Shown here piece after piece: positions 23,162-24,579 of a stretch of 24,579 nucleotides of DNA. The notes under the pieces were generated by a model. The model had not been told where the DNA came from. It made no database searches and saw nothing but the letters and a program-made list of their open reading frames with translations. The DNA comes from a virus (lineage: Duplodnaviria > Caudoviricetes), in IMG/VR virus record IMGVR_UViG_3300032305_001126, positions 1 through 24,579 of that record; one strand, written 5' to 3'. Position numbers and translations under genes: made by a program. Each line of letters begins with the position of its first letter. Positions within the stretch are counted from its first letter, which is position 1.

Positions 23162-23467
23162 GTGGCGATCTACTCGCAAGGCTGTTCCGTGTCGTTTGAA
23201 GGCGCGACCTTTACGGAGGTCACCAGCGTTCAACTCGACGTTGGCGGCGGCATGCCTATCGGTCGCGGGACTGCCTACGCACCTAGCCGCGGCAGCGTGA
23301 CGGTTGAGGCTCTCGGAGGGGCTTACACCTACGGAGCGTATGGCCAGCTTTCCATCTCCGGTGGCGGCATCTCCTTGACAAGTAATGCAGTCTGTACGGG
23401 CGTGTCTGCCACCGCGGCGGCCAACGACGTGACCCGTTACAGCGTCACCTTCGACATCATTGGATGA
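23162..23467 (+). CDS. Second tail-tube-like paralog
   Basis: SD GGAGG and GTG start. Similar along its length to the previous gene (QG.S..F.G..VTS; G.L.ISGG; A.ND..R...TF). Confidence 0.65.
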   Translation: MAIYSQGCSVSFEGATFTEVTSVQLDVGGGMPIGRGTAYAPSRGSVTVEALGGAYTYGAYGQLSISGGGISLTSNAVCTGVSATAAANDVTRYSVTFDIIG

Positions 23468-23471
23468 CACC

Positions 23472-23816
23472 TTGGCACTTACAAAAGAACAGATTCTGGC
23501 AGCGGACGACTTGGGCCTCCTCGAGGTCAAGGTCAAGGAGTGGGGCGGCAGCGTCTTCATTCGCGTGATGACCTGCGGAGAGCGAGACAGCTACGAGAAC
23601 GACTGGGTGGCCAACAAAGGCAAAGGCGTTGACAACTTCCGCACGAAGTTCCTGGCACGCTGCCTGTGTGACGAGAAGGGTGCGAGGCTGTTCACCGACG
23701 CCGAGGTCGAGCACCTTGCCAAGAAGTCGGCAAAGGTAATGAGCCGGGTTTGGGCGAAGGCGATGGAACACAACGCACTTACCGAAAACGACGTAGAGGA
23801 ACTCGCAAAAAACTAG
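23472..23816 (+). CDS. Tail assembly chaperone (gpG-like)
   Basis: LTKEQILAADD..V.VKEWGG.V.IR.MT..ERD..CDEKG.RLF..EELAKN. TTG start at 23472 or 23460. Confidence 0.85.
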   Translation: MALTKEQILAADDLGLLEVKVKEWGGSVFIRVMTCGERDSYENDWVANKGKGVDNFRTKFLARCLCDEKGARLFTDAEVEHLAKKSAKVMSRVWAKAMEHNALTENDVEELAKN

Positions 23817-24124
23817 CACTCCGCCCGACGAGAGTTTTCCTGTTTCGTCTGGCGGCGCATCTCGGAATGACGGTCAAGCGGTTGTGTCAGGAAATGGACA
23901 GCAGGGAGTTCGCCGAGTGGATTGCGATCCACAAGCACTTCCATCCACTTCCTGACACATGGCGGCAGACGGGCCTCATGGCCAGTGCGGCACTCGCGCC
24001 GTACTGCCCGCGGGGCAAGACGCCGAAGGCGGAGGACTTCGTGCCGGTGTCGAAAGCACCACAGCACGAACTGCAGATGCAGCAAGCGTTGGAACAGTTG
24101 GCAAGAGACTTGGCGGGTGACTAA
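23807..24124 (+). CDS. -1 frameshift extension of the tail chaperone (gpGT-like)
   Basis: Slippery A AAA AAC (23807-23813) just before TAG. The -1 frame reads FLFRLAAHLGMTV..MDSREFAEW and ends in a TAATG overlap with the tape measure gene. Confidence 0.85.
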   Translation, partial: KKLALRPTRVFLFRLAAHLGMTVKRLCQEMDSREFAEWIAIHKHFHPLPDTWRQTGLMASAALAPYCPRGKTPKAEDFVPVSKAPQHELQMQQALEQLARDLAGD

Positions 24125-24579
24125 TGGCTACGGCGATCGGACTCGGCGTGCAGTTCTCGGCCAATGCCAACGGCATGACCAAGGGTCTGTCGCAGGTTGA
24201 CCGCCAGCTGCAGAATCTTGGCAAGCAGGCCGCGGCCGCCGGTTCCCTTTTCGACACCTTCACGGGGTCGAGTGCTGCCGCCGGTGCGGCCCAGCAGCAG
24301 GTCGCTACGGACGTTGCGTTTCTCGGCAGTGCGTTTAAGACCGGGCAGATCTCCGCCCAAGAGTACGCGTCCGAGTTACAGGCGATTATCAGCAGCTCAC
24401 AGGCTGCGTCGGCGGCGTTTGCCGAGGGGGCACGGATCACCGAGCAGGTGGCAACGGCCGAGGAGCGACGTACGAAAGAGCTTGAGCGGCTCGGCCAGCT
24501 GCTCGCGGCAGGTGCGATCAGCGAGGAGACCTACAGCCGGGCCGCGGCGGAGGCCAGCGGTGCAAACCAAGAGGCAGCC
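24124..24579 (+). CDS. Tape measure protein, N-terminal part (runs off the window)
   Basis: ATG 24124; MATAIGLGVQFSANANGMTKGLSQVDRQL.., Ala/Gln-rich and helical, open to the window end. Confidence 0.85.
   Translation, partial: MATAIGLGVQFSANANGMTKGLSQVDRQLQNLGKQAAAAGSLFDTFTGSSAAAGAAQQQVATDVAFLGSAFKTGQISAQEYASELQAIISSSQAASAAFAEGARITEQVATAEERRTKELERLGQLLAAGAISEETYSRAAAEASGANQEAA

Noticed and set aside
420-24440. Many long minus-strand ORFs (e.g. 529-1581, 7646-8563, 17092-17958, 18477-19286)
   Set aside because: They are antisense shadows of high-GC + strand genes with no motifs, and the + strand genes tile the window with coupled starts and stops.
1-24579. Integrase, CI repressor, DGR/reverse transcriptase, CRISPR array, tRNA genes, alternative genetic code
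   Set aside because: None seen. Core genes translate full-length in code 11 using TAA, TAG and TGA stops. Lifestyle cannot be determined from this window.

Overview
This is a contiguous 24.6 kb segment of a high-GC, HK97-like siphophage or prophage. All credible genes are on the + strand and most are coupled by ATGA/GTGA/TGATG overlaps. Gene order: early recombination genes (Sak4-like AAA ATPase, DUF669/SSB-like protein) and small accessory genes; an AT-richer ParB-like insert; a replication initiator with an internal iteron-like origin; a stand-alone LexA DNA-binding domain; a tandem family of three small paralogs, one frameshifted; RusA; two glycosyltransferases (GT34-like, GT69/Cap59-like); a membrane-protein cassette built around a papain-like cysteine protease with no recognisable muralytic endolysin; HNH, a cos-like region, TerS/TerL, portal, prohead protease, an unannotated Ogr-like zinc finger and the major capsid protein; a third glycosyltransferase; head-tail genes interrupted by a collagen-fibre module; two paralogous short tail-tube-like genes; a tail chaperone with a -1 frameshift; and the start of the tape measure. 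Several motifs hint at a Planctomycetota host (inference). The best candidates for new biology are: (i) a three-GT plus Thr-rich collagen virion glycosylation system; (ii) a protease-centred lysis cassette; (iii) a GGA-rich CsrB/RsmZ-like RNA element; (iv) a four-copy late promoter motif WWCTGCMAG-N18-NANNNT with candidate activators; (v) a repeated small element, one copy of which folds like a tRNA elbow. Family assignments come from motif recognition by eye, not database searches.
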